Shown one piece after another: positions 10,352 to 22,200 of a stretch of DNA of 64,000 bases (the stretch's first letter is position 1; every line of letters starts with the position of its first letter). A program made the position numbers and the translations under genes. The DNA lies in the NCBI GenBank assembly GCA_963806275.1, contig CAWDXH010000003.1, positions 81,703 to 145,702 of the forward strand, written 5' to 3'. The notes beneath the pieces were generated by a model that saw only the letters and a program-made list of their open reading frames with translations, was not told where the DNA came from and ran no database searches. The DNA comes from an uncultured Bacteroidota bacterium (GTDB lineage Bacteria > Bacteroidota > Bacteroidia > Chitinophagales > Chitinophagaceae).

Positions 10352-10402
10352 ACATGAACTGCCATTTTAAAAGATGAATTGTTGAATTTAACGGATGAAT
10401 TG
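10352..10402 (-). promoter_or_regulatory. Three LytTR-type direct repeats upstream of the LytS-like kinase
   Basis: CAGTTCATGT (10352), CAATTCATCT (10372) and CAATTCATCC (10393) on the minus strand, spaced 20 and 21 bp. Confidence 0.65.
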
Positions 10403-10516
10403 TTCTTATTAAAATACAAAATATGGACGAATGGCTGTAAGAAAATCCACATGCCTGTAACCGGCAGGAAGAATACAGTTCTTTTATCGTGCGGCAAGCC
10501 GGGAAGTCTCCCCTTC

Positions 10517-10546
10517 ACCCAACCCTTTTTACCCCCCGGTATATCT
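10517..10546 (+). promoter_or_regulatory. Putative ECF-sigma promoter ACCCAACC-N17-TATCT (autoregulatory)
   Basis: 21 nt before the ECF start; same motif and spacing at 23704 and 24689. Confidence 0.65.
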
Positions 10547-10567
10547 TTGTAGTGTAAACCAAGCTTT

Positions 10568-11119
10568 TTGACCGATATAGAACAACATCTTATAAGGGGC
10601 TGTATAGCCGGTGACAGAGTTTTTCAATCGAAACTCTATGACCATTTTGCTCCCGGGATGATGGGGGTTTGCATACGCTATGCTAAAAGCAGGGAGGAAG
10701 CAGAGGAAATACTATTGGAGGGCTTTTTAAGAGTGTTTACTTATATAAGAAATTTCAGGGGAACAGGTTCATTTGAAGGATGGATACGAAAGATCATGGT
10801 AAACTGTGCTTTGCTGAGGTACAGGAATAAATCGCATTTATACCCGGTACTTCCTTTGGATGTTGAAAAAGCTGAAGCCATCACCCATCCGGATATTTAT
10901 TCAAAATTGGAAGAAAAAGAATTGATTTTCCTGGTTCAATCACTCCCGGCCGGGTATCGGATTGTTTTCAACTTGTACGTATTTGAAGGTTTTAAACACC
11001 GCGAAATAGCGAAAGCTCTGGGTATTTCAGAGGGCACGTCCAAATCTAATCTTTCCGATGCCAGGTCTATTCTTCAAAAAGCCTTAAAAGGAAAAAAAAA
11101 CTTAGTACAATTTAAATAG
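10568..11119 (+). CDS. ECF RNA polymerase sigma-70 factor
   Basis: LY......MMGVCIRYA..REEAEEIL.EGFLRVF and GSFEGWIRKIMVN (region 2); LPAGYRIVFNLYVFEGFKHREIA..LGISEGTSKSNLS (region 4). Confidence 0.93.
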   Translation: MTDIEQHLIRGCIAGDRVFQSKLYDHFAPGMMGVCIRYAKSREEAEEILLEGFLRVFTYIRNFRGTGSFEGWIRKIMVNCALLRYRNKSHLYPVLPLDVEKAEAITHPDIYSKLEEKELIFLVQSLPAGYRIVFNLYVFEGFKHREIAKALGISEGTSKSNLSDARSILQKALKGKKNLVQFK

Positions 11120-11124
11120 GGAAT

Positions 11125-12627
11125 ATGGATAAAGATTTACACGATATAGATGATTTTTTCCGTTCCGAACTGGAAGGCAATGAGGAGTCTCCCTCAGCGT
11201 CTGTAAAAGAAAGTTTGCTTGCTATTTTAGATAAAAGGGATGCAGAAACCTATAAAAGGCGGTCCTCCCGATGGAAAAGAGCAGCTCTGGTTATGTTCTT
11301 CCTTTTGGCTGGGTTTATTATTTACGAGTCAGGTGTATGGATAAATGACAGTCGTGATTCCGGGCAGAGGGAGCTATCGAAAGACGTATTGATCAATGAT
11401 CCGGCCAGGGCCATCGATGATGAGTATGCAATTCCGGACAATTCAAAAACCAACAAAAAAGCTGAGATCAATCAAAAGGAGAATATCATCATTTCTGGGT
11501 CAGGCGATGTAGGTAAAGAAACCCCGGATCCTTTTGCTGTGACTAAGGACAAAAATTTAAACCTTAATATAATTTACCCGGAGTCTGCTAAGAAAGAACA
11601 ACAATTGGCAGGGCAGAGTAATTTAATAACTGGTAAGAAGACAATATCCAAAATCAGGCCCTCAATATCTAACAATAATGAAAATAGATTACGGTTTTCA
11701 TCAGCTAAAAATTCATCAAACATAAATGGAGAACGGGCTTTAAGTTCAAACCCGGATTTATATTACAAAACCGAAAGCCGCCTATTTGCCAGCTTGCCGG
11801 CATTCACTATTCCCCGAGCCGAGCAGGGGCCCAATGAATTTAAGATGTCAGGTTATATGGATTCCATTTTAAAATCAAGTCTGGTAAATCCGACAGGTAA
11901 AAGAATTCATCATTTCAAACCATATTGGACCTTAACCGGAATGGGCACATACGACCGGGTAAATTATAAACTGGATAGTGATGTACCTTCAAATATTACC
12001 AGCATAAGCCACCGGGAAATTCACGAGCCTTCCTTTTCTGTGGGGTTACTGGCTACAAGGCAATTAAAACAACGCTGGGGATTACAGACAGGTTTTATTT
12101 ATTCCAATAACGCAATAGGCATAAGTGCGCAAAAAATCTATGCCTTGCAGGACCCTGCTGGTGATATAGCTTACAAATACATTACCTCATCCGGGTATGC
12201 CTATATCAAGCCGGGCTTTGGGTCACCTCCGTCTTTCGGCGACAGCATTAATTCCACGGAAGCTAAGCATAGTTTACACTCTGTTGGCATTCCTCTTATT
12301 ATTAAACATACCATTGGAAAAAATAAATTCTTATTAATTCCCGGTGTTGGGCTGGAAGCCAACTTTATTACAAGAGCAAAACTGACGACCGAGATAGAGG
12401 ATGCTTCAAACCGGGAAACGGTATTTATTAATAAGCTCAACGGAGCCAAATCCTTTTATTGGTCCTTTACAGCCGATGCAGAGTTAAGATACCTGGTCAA
12501 TAAAAAAATAGCATTCAGCCTGCGTCCCGTATTCAGATATGCCCTATCAGCCATTACCGACAATAATGTAGTAGAAACCATTCCATATAGCATCGGTGCC
12601 GGGCTGGGATTAACGTACCAGTTTTAG
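11125..12627 (+). CDS. Putative anti-sigma factor with TM helix, long polar linker and C-terminal outer-membrane beta-barrel (Dma/Reo-like)
   Basis: 5 nt after the ECF gene; N-terminal IDDFFR.EL...EE.P domain, TM after RWKR, ~190-aa polar low-complexity stretch, then amphipathic strands ending GLGLTYQF (barrel C-terminal Phe). Confidence 0.7.
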   Translation: MDKDLHDIDDFFRSELEGNEESPSASVKESLLAILDKRDAETYKRRSSRWKRAALVMFFLLAGFIIYESGVWINDSRDSGQRELSKDVLINDPARAIDDEYAIPDNSKTNKKAEINQKENIIISGSGDVGKETPDPFAVTKDKNLNLNIIYPESAKKEQQLAGQSNLITGKKTISKIRPSISNNNENRLRFSSAKNSSNINGERALSSNPDLYYKTESRLFASLPAFTIPRAEQGPNEFKMSGYMDSILKSSLVNPTGKRIHHFKPYWTLTGMGTYDRVNYKLDSDVPSNITSISHREIHEPSFSVGLLATRQLKQRWGLQTGFIYSNNAIGISAQKIYALQDPAGDIAYKYITSSGYAYIKPGFGSPPSFGDSINSTEAKHSLHSVGIPLIIKHTIGKNKFLLIPGVGLEANFITRAKLTTEIEDASNRETVFINKLNGAKSFYWSFTADAELRYLVNKKIAFSLRPVFRYALSAITDNNVVETIPYSIGAGLGLTYQF

Positions 12628-13258
12628 ATAGTGGAACTCATCTTTCCTTAAACCTAATTCCCTAAGCCAATAAACTCTTTTTGATACCCTTTTCTTTATT
12701 CATTTTAGGGGGCCTTCTTTTTTGCATCCAGTACAAGGAGAATCGTAATTCCAATTGCTCTAAATGAATTCAATCCCGGATTAATCCCCGGATACAATAG
12801 TATGATACTGGATTTGATTCATGGCAAGAATGATCTGCATTGAAAATGATGAATGGAATGTAATCAGGGCAGGCATCCTGAAAATTTTTTATAAAGAAAT
12901 CAGGTCTCCTCTTGTTATTGTCCAAATAAAACATATAGATTCGTTATATATTTTGCTCACTACACCCAAGGCAGATAAGAAAAACATCCTTTTCCTCTAG
13001 AACGATCACGTCTTTATATTGTTCCCTATGAATTAGTCTGCCTGTCACAAGGGGATTTTATTTATCAACTCACTATTAGTACCCTTTCGAAGATTCATTC
13101 TCCATCCATCATTTGAGAGATCATTAATGAATAATACGTTAGTCAGAAATGATTGAAAGGCGTTAATAACTGAAGATTTGCGGCTGCAGGCAAAAGGCAT
13201 TACCTGATAAAAAATAAACGAAAGAAGTTTATACTGCCCTGTTGCAGAGGAAATTTCT

Positions 13259-16200
13259 TTGATACCAAAACTAAATTTTAAACTCAACCTCATCCAGGTG
13301 AAAATCCTCTTATTGCTTCTTGTTTCCCTTCCCATTTTCACGCAGGTTCAATCTCAATGCAGTGGCACTGGCAGTATTAATTTTCAAAGGTGGAATAATA
13401 TTTCGGGTAGTGCAGTTACCAGCCTTACTTCCAATGCTAACTATCCCAACAACCCAACAAGTATCGGCACCAGGAATTTGTTTGAAATGCAGCAGAACCT
13501 GGGAAACAGCATAGGCATTAAGATGTATGGATTCATCTGTCCCCCGACTACAGGAAATTATACATTTTGGATCTCAAGTGATAATAGTGGTGAATTGTGG
13601 TTGAGCACTTCAGCGAATCCTTCAGGCAAGGTTAAGATCGCCTATAATACCAGCAGCACTACCTCAAGGCAATGGAACAAATACACCACCCAAAAATCGG
13701 TAAGCATTGCATTAACCTCCGGCCAAAAATATTATGTAGAGGCGCTGATGAAAGAAGCTAATGGGAATGACAACCTTGCCGTAGGTTGGGCCAAACCCGG
13801 CCAAAGTACTACCTCGCCATCGGAAGTAATTCCGGGAACGAACCTGGCCGTTGATTCCGAAGCACCGTCAGCTCCAACTAATCTGAGCACAGCCGCTCTT
13901 ACTTCCACATCATTTACTCTAAACTGGACTGCTTCATCAGATAATATAGCTGTATCCGGCTATGATGTTTATAGAAATGGCACTAAGTTGAATACAACTA
14001 ATATTACAGCCACCACCTATAATGTTACCGGGCTTTCGCCAAACACAGCCCATACAATGACGGTCAGAGCAAGAGATGGTGCAGCTCACGAAACAGCCAG
14101 CAACCCGGTCATCGTTACAACACCACCTGATACCCAGGCTCCAACTGCACCTGGCAACGTCAGAACCTCCAATAAGACAATGACCTCTTTTACTCTACTC
14201 TGGAATGCATCGACAGATAATGTTGGTGTAACCGGATATGATATTTACCGGGATGGGGTAAAGATAAATACGGCAAATATTACCGGTACTTCGTTAAGTA
14301 TAACAGGTTTAGCCCCCAATACCAGTTATATCATGATAGTCAGATCAAAAGATGCCGCTGGTAACGAAGGAATCAGCAATCCATTGTCCGTTAAAACTAA
14401 TGCGGATACACAGGCACCATCCGCTCCAACTGGTTTGGCGGCATCTGCTATCACCACTTCATCATTTATTCTATCATGGAATGCTTCTACCGATAATGTA
14501 GGTATTACGGGTTATGATGTGTACAATGGCGCGGTGAAGGTCAATACGTCTAACATAACTGCGACTACATTTAATATTACCGGCCTGTCGCCGAACACAT
14601 CTTATTCAATAACGGTAAGAGCAAAGGATGCTGCAGGCAATCAATCAACCAGTGCACCGCTGTCTGTTACTACCAACGATCTTCCCGATACACAGGCGCC
14701 AACAATTCCTTCCGGATTAGCAGCATCTGCTATCACTACTTCTTCTTTTACTCTTTCCTGGAATGCTTCCACTGATAATGTTGGTGTAACCGGATATGAT
14801 GTTTACAATGGTGCCGTTAAAGTGAATACTTCTGATATTACTGTAACTACATTTAATATTACTGGCCTGTCGCCGAACACTGCTTATTCCATAACCGTAA
14901 AAGCAAGAGATGCTGCGGGTAATGAATCAACCAGTGCTCCTTTATCTGTTACCACCAATGATATTCCGGATACCGAGGCGCCTACTGTTCCAACAGGTTT
15001 AGCGGCTTCAGCTATCACCACTTCATCATTTACTCTATCATGGAATGCTTCTACCGATAATGTTGGTGTTACCGGTTACGATGTGTACAATGGAGTAGTT
15101 AAAGTGAATACTTCTGATATTACGGCAACATCTTTTTCAGTGACAGGTCTAGCGCCAAACACTGCTTATTCCATGACCGTAAGAGCTAATGATGCTGCGG
15201 GTAATGAATCAACCAGTGCACCGCTCTCTGTTACCACTAATGATATTCCGGATACAGAGGCGCCTACTATTCCTTCCGGATTAGCAGCTTCCGCTATCAC
15301 TACTTCTTCGTTTACTCTTTCCTGGAATGCTTCTACCGATAATGTAGGTGTTACGGGTTATGATGTTTACAATGGAGTAGTTAAAGTGAATACTTCTGAT
15401 ATTACGGCAACATCTTTTGCAGTGACAGGTCTAGCGCCAAACACTGCTTATTCCATGACCGTAAGAGCTAAAGATGCTGCGGGTAATGAATCAACCACTG
15501 CACCGCTGTCTGTTACTACCAACGATCTTCCCGATACACAGGCGCCAACTATTCCTTCCGGATTAGCAGCATCTGCTATCACTACTTCTTCTTTTACTCT
15601 TTCCTGGAATGCTTCCACTGATAATGTAGCGGTGACCGGCTATGATGTGTACAATGGTGCGGTGAAGGTGAATACTTCTGATATTACTGCAACGACATTT
15701 AATATTACCGGCCTGTCTCCAAACACTGCTTACTCCATGACCGTAAAAGCAAGAGATGCTGCGGGTAATGAATCAACCAGTGCTCCTTTATCTGTTACCA
15801 CCAATGATATTCCGGATACCGAGGCGCCTACTGTTCCAACAGGTTTAGCGGCTTCTGCTATCACCACTTCGTCATTTACTCTTTCCTGGAATGCTTCTAC
15901 AGATAACGTGGCCGTGACCGGCTATGATGTGTACAATGGCGCAGTGAAGATCAACACGTCTAATATTACGTTGACTTCCTTTGATGTAACAGGTCTTACT
16001 CCTAATACTCCTTATTCAATAACCATAAGAGCTAAGGATGCTGCCAGCAATGAATCAACCAGTGCACCGCTGTCTGTTACTACCAATGATCTTCCCGATA
16101 CACAGGCGCCAACTATTCCGTCGGGCTTAGCAGCATCTGCTATCACTACTTCATCATTTACTCTATCCTGGAATGCTTCTACCGATAATGTAGCAGTGAC

Positions 16201-19200
16201 CGGTTATGATGTTTACAATGGTGCCGTTAAAGTGAATACTTCTGATATTACGGCAACATCTTTTGCAGTGACAGGTCTGGCGCCAAACACTGCTTATTCC
16301 ATGACCGTAAGAGCAAAGGATGCGGCCGGTAATGAATCAACCAGTGCACCGTTGTCTGTTACTACCAATGATCTTCCCGATACACAGGCGCCATACAGTT
16401 CCAACCGGCTTAGCAGCATCTGCTATCACCACTTCATCATTTACTCTTTCCTGGAATGCTTCTACCGATAATGTAGGTGTTACCGGATATGATGTTTACA
16501 ATGGTGCCGTTAAAGTGAACACTTCTGATATTACGGCAACTATCTTTTAACAGTGACAGGTCTAGCGCCAAACACTGCTTATTCCATGACCGTAAAAGCT
16601 AAAGATGCTGCGGGTAATGAATCAACCAGTGCACCGCTCTCTGTTACTACCAATGATACTTCCGGATACCGAGGCGCCTTCGGTTCCAACAGGCTTAGCA
16701 GCTTCTGCTATCACTACTTCATCATTTACTCTTTCCTGGAATGCTTCTACCGATAATGTAGCAGTGTACCGGTTATGATGTGTACAATGGAGCAGTTAAA
16801 GTGAATACTTCTGATATTACGGTAACATCTTTTGCAGTGACAGGTCTAGCGCCAAACACTGCTTATTCCATGACCGTAAGAGCAAAGGATGCTGCGGGTA
16901 ATGAATCAACCAGTGCACCGCTGTCTGTTACTACCAATGATCTTCCCGATACGCAGGCGCCATCTGTGCCAACTGGCTTAGCAGCATCTGCTATCACCAC
17001 TTCTTCATTTACTCTTTCCTGGAATGCTTCTACCGATAATGTAGCGGTGACCGGTTATGATGTTTACAATGGCGCGGTTAAAGTGAATACTTCTGATATT
17101 ACGGCAACATCTTTTGCAGTGACAGGTCTAGCGCCGAACACTGCTTATTCCATGACCGTAAGAGCAAAGGATGCTGCGGGTAATGAATCAACCAGTGCAC
17201 CGCTCTCTGTTACTACCAATGATCTTCCTGATACGCAGGCGCCATCTGTGCCAACTGGCTTAGCAGCATCTGCTATCACTACTTCTTCGTTTACTCTTTC
17301 CTGGAATGCTTCTACAGATAATGTAGCAGTGACCGGTTATGATGTGTACAATGGTGCAGTGAAAGTGAACACGTCTAATATTACTGCGACTACATTTAAT
17401 ATTACCGGCCTGTCGCCGAACACTGCTTATTCCATGACCGTAAGAGCAAAGGATGCTGCAGGTAATGAATCAACCAGTGCACCGCTATCTGTTACTACCA
17501 ATGATCTTCCTGATACGCAGGCGCCATCTGTTCCAACGGGATTAGCAGCTTCTGCTATCACTACTTCATCATTTACTCTTTCCTGGAATGCTTCTACCGA
17601 TAATGTAGCGGTGACCGGTTATGATGTTTACAATGGCGCGGTTAAAGTGAACACTTCTGATATTACGGCAACTTCTTTTGATGTGACAGGTCTGGCGCCG
17701 AACACTTCTTATTCCATGACCGTAAGAGCAAAGGATGCTGCCGGTAATGAATCAACCAGTGCACCGCTGTCTGTTACTACCAATGATCTTCCTGATACGC
17801 AGGCGCCAACGGCTCCAACTGGCTTAGCAGCTTCTGCTATCACTACTTCATCATTTACTCTTTCCTGGAATGCTTCTACCGATAATGTAGGTGTTACCGG
17901 TTATGATGTGTACAATGGTGCGGTGAAGGTGAACACGTCTGATATTACTGCGACTACATTTAATATTACCGGCCTGTCGCCGAACACTGCTTATTCCATG
18001 ACCGTAAGAGCTAAAGGATGCTGCGGGTAATGAATCAACCAGTGCACCGCTCTCTGTTACTACCAATGATCTTCCCGATACCCAGGCGCCATCTGTTCCA
18101 ACTGGCTTAGCAGCTTCTGCTATCACTACTTCATCATTTACTCTTTCCTGGAATGCTTCTACCGATAATGTAGGTGTGACCGGTTATGATGTGTACAATG
18201 GTGCCGTTAAAGTGAATACTTCTGATATTACGGTAACATCTTTTGCAGTGACAGGTCTGGCGCCAAACACTGCTTATTCCATGACCGTAAGAGCAAAAGA
18301 TGCTGCGGGTAATGAATCAACCAGTGCTCCGCTGTCTGTTACTACCAATGATCTTCCCGATACGCAGGCGCCATCTGTGCCAACTGGCTTAGCAGCATCT
18401 GCTATTACCACTTCTTCATTTACTCTTTCCTGGAATGCTTCTACCGATAATGTAGCTGTGACCGGCTATGATGTGTACAATGGTGCGGTTAAAGGTGAAC
18501 ACTTCTGATATTACTGCGACTTCTTTTGATGTAACAGGTCTAGCGCCAAACACTGCTTATTCCATGACCGTAAGAGCAAAGATGCTGCGGGTAATGAATC
18601 AACCAGTGCACCGTTATCTGTTACTACCAATGATATTCCGGATACCGAGGCGCCAACTGTTCCAACCGGCTTAGCAGCTTCTGCTATCACTACTTCGTCA
18701 TTTACTCTTTCCTGGAATGCTTCTACCGATAATGTAGCTGTAACCGGCTATGATGTTTACAATGGAGTAGTTAAAGTGAATACTTCTGATATTACGGTAA
18801 CATCTTTTGCAGTGACAGGTCTAGCGCCAAACACTGCTTATTCCATGACCGTAAGAGCTAAAGATGCTGCGGGTAATGAATCAACCAGTGCACCGCTGTC
18901 TGTTACTACCAATGATCTTCCCGATACCAGGCGCCATCTGTTCCAACTGGCTTAGCAGCATCTGCTATCACTACTTCATCATTTACTCTTTCCTGGAATG
19001 CTTCTACCGATAATGTAGCTGTAACCGGTTATGATGTTTACAATGGAGTAGTTAAAGTGAATACTTCTGATATTACGGCAACATCTTTTGCAGTGACAGG
19101 TCTAGCGCCAAACACTGCTTATTCCATGACCGTAAAAGCTAAAGATGCTGCGGGTAATGAATCAACCAGTGCTCCGTTGTCTGTTACTACCAATGATCTT

Positions 19201-22200
19201 CCCGATACGCAGGCGCCAACTATTCCTTCCGGATTAGCAGCTTCTGCTATCACTACTTCATCATTTACTCTTTCCTGGAATGCTTCTACTGATAATGTAG
19301 GGGTGACCGGCTATGATGTGTACAATGGTGCGGTGAAGGTGAACACTTCTGATATTACTGCAACTACATTTAATATTACCGGCCTGTCTCCAAACACTGC
19401 TTACTCCATAACCGTAAAAGCAAAAGATGCTGCGGGTAATGAATCAACCAGTGCTCCTTTATCTGTTACCACCAATGATATTCCGGATACCGAGGCGCCA
19501 ACTGTTCCAACAGGTTTAGCGGCTTCAGCTATCACCACTTCGTCATTTACTCTTTCCTGGAATGCTTCTACAGATAATGTAGGTGTTACGGGTTATGATG
19601 TGTACAATGGTGCCGTGAAGGTGAACACGTCAAATATTACATTGACTTCTTTTGATGTAACAGGTCTTGCTCCCAATACTTCTTATTCCATGACCGTAAG
19701 AGCTAAAGATGCTGCGGGTAATGAATCAACCAGTGCACCGCTTTCTGTTACTACCAATGATCTTCCCGATACGCAGGCGCCAACTATTCCAACTGGCTTA
19801 GCAGCTTCTGCTATCACTACTTCATCATTTACTCTTTCCTGGAATGCTTCTACCGATAATGTAGCGGTGACCGGCTATGATGTGTACAATGGGGCAGTGA
19901 AGGTGAACACGTCTGATATTACTGCGACTTCATTTAATATTACCGGTCTGTCTCCAAACACTGCTTATTCCATGACCGTAAAAGCAAAGGATGCTGCGGG
20001 TAATGAATCAACCAGTGCACCGTTGTCTGTTACTACCAATGATCTTCCCGATACACAGGCGCCAACTGTTCCAACTGGCTTAGCAGCTTCTGCTATCACT
20101 ACTTCTTCATTTACTCTTTCCTGGAATGCTTCTACCGATAATGTAGCTGTGACCGGATATGATGTGTACAATGGCGCGGTGAAGGTGAATACTTCTGATA
20201 TTACGGCAACATCTTTTGCAGTGACAGGTCTAGCGCCAAACACTGCTTATTCCATGACCGTAAAAGCAAAGGATGCTGCAGGCAATGAATCAACCAGTGC
20301 ACCGCTGTCTGTTACCACCAATGATCTTCCCGATACGCAGGCGCCTTCTGTGCCAACTGGCTTAGCAGCTTCTGCTATCACTACTTCTTCATTCACTCTT
20401 TCATGGAATGCTTCTACGGATAATGTAGCAGTGACCGGTTATGATGTGTACAATGGTGCCGTGAAAGTCAACACGTCTAATATCACAGCAACTTCTTTTG
20501 ATGTAACAGGTCTTGCGCCTAATACTTCTTATTCCATGACCGTAAGAGCAAAGGATGCTGCGGCTAATGAATCAACCAGTGCACCGCTGTCTGTTACCAC
20601 CAATGATATTCCCGATACACAGGCGCCAACTGTTCCAACGGGTTTAGCAGCATCTGCTATCACCACTTCGTCATTTACTCTTTCCTGGAATGCTTCTACA
20701 GATAATGTAGCAGTGACCGGCTATGATGTGTACAATGGTGCCGTTAAAGTGAATACTTCTGATATTACGGCAACATCTTTTGCAGTGACAGGTCTAGCGC
20801 CGAATACTGCTTATTCCATGACCGTAAGAGCTAAGGATGCTGCCGGTAATGAATCGACCAGTACATCTTTATCTGTTACCACCAATGATATTCCTGATAC
20901 GCAGGCGCCAACTATTCCATCCGGATTAGCAGCTTCTGCTATCACTACTTCTTCATTTACTCTTTCATGGAATGCTTCTACCGATAATGTGGCCGTGACC
21001 GGATATGATGTTTACAATGGCGCGGTGAAGGTCAACACATCTAATATAACTGCGACTACATTTAATATTACAGGCCTGTCGCCAAACACTGCTTATTCCA
21101 TGACCGTAAAAGCAAAGGATGCTGCCGGTAATGAATCAACCAGTGCTCCGCTTTCTGTTACTACCAATGATATTCCCGATACGCAGGCGCCAACTGTTCC
21201 TTCCGGATTAGCAGCATCTGCTATCACCACTTCGTTCCTTTACTCTATCATGGAATGCATCTACAGATAATGTAGCAGTGACCGGTTATGATGTTTACAA
21301 TGGTGCCGTTAAAGTGAATACTTCTGATATTACGGCTACATCTTTTGCAGTGACAGGTCTAGCGCCGAATATTGCTTATTCCATGACCGTAAGAGCTAAG
21401 GATGCTGCCGGTAATGAATCGGTTAGTACATCTTTATCTGTTACCACCAATGATATTCCTGATACGCAGGCGCCAACTATTCCATCCGGATTAGCAGCTT
21501 CTGCTATTACTACTTCTTCATTTACTCTATCATGGAATGCTTCTACCGATAACGTGGCCGTGACCGGATATGATGTTTACAATGGCGCGGTGAAGGTCAA
21601 CACATCTAATATAACTGCGACTACATTTAATATTACAGGCCTGTCGCCAAACACTGCTTATTCCATGACCGTAAAAGCAAAGGATGCTCCCGGTAATGAA
21701 TCAACCAGTACTCCGCTTTCTGTTACTACCAATGATATTCCCGATACGCAGGCGCCAACTATTCCATCCGGATTAGCAGCATCTGCTATCACTACTTCGT
21801 CATTTACTCTTTCCTGGAATGCTTCTACCGATAATGTAGCAGTGACCGGTTATGATGTGTACAATGGCGCGGTGAAGGTCAACACGTCTAATATAACTGC
21901 GACTACATTTAATATTACCGGCCTGTCGCCGAACACTGCTTATTCCATGACCGTAAGAGCAAAGGATGCTGCAGGCAATGAATCAACCAGTGCACCGCTC
22001 TCTGTTACCACTAATGATATTCCTGATACGCAGGCGCCATCTGTGCCAACTGGATTAGCAGCATCTGCTATCACCACTTCGTCATTTACTCTTTCCTGGA
22101 ATGCTTCTACAGATAATATAGCAGTGACCGGATATGATGTTTACAATGGCGCGGTGAAGGTCAACACGTCGAATATAACTGCGACTACATTTAATATTAC

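Noticed and set aside
12964-12993. ACCCAAGG upstream of the giant gene as a fourth exact ECF promoter
   Set aside because: No TATCT at the 17-nt spacing; only the degenerate site at 12920-12949 is kept as tentative
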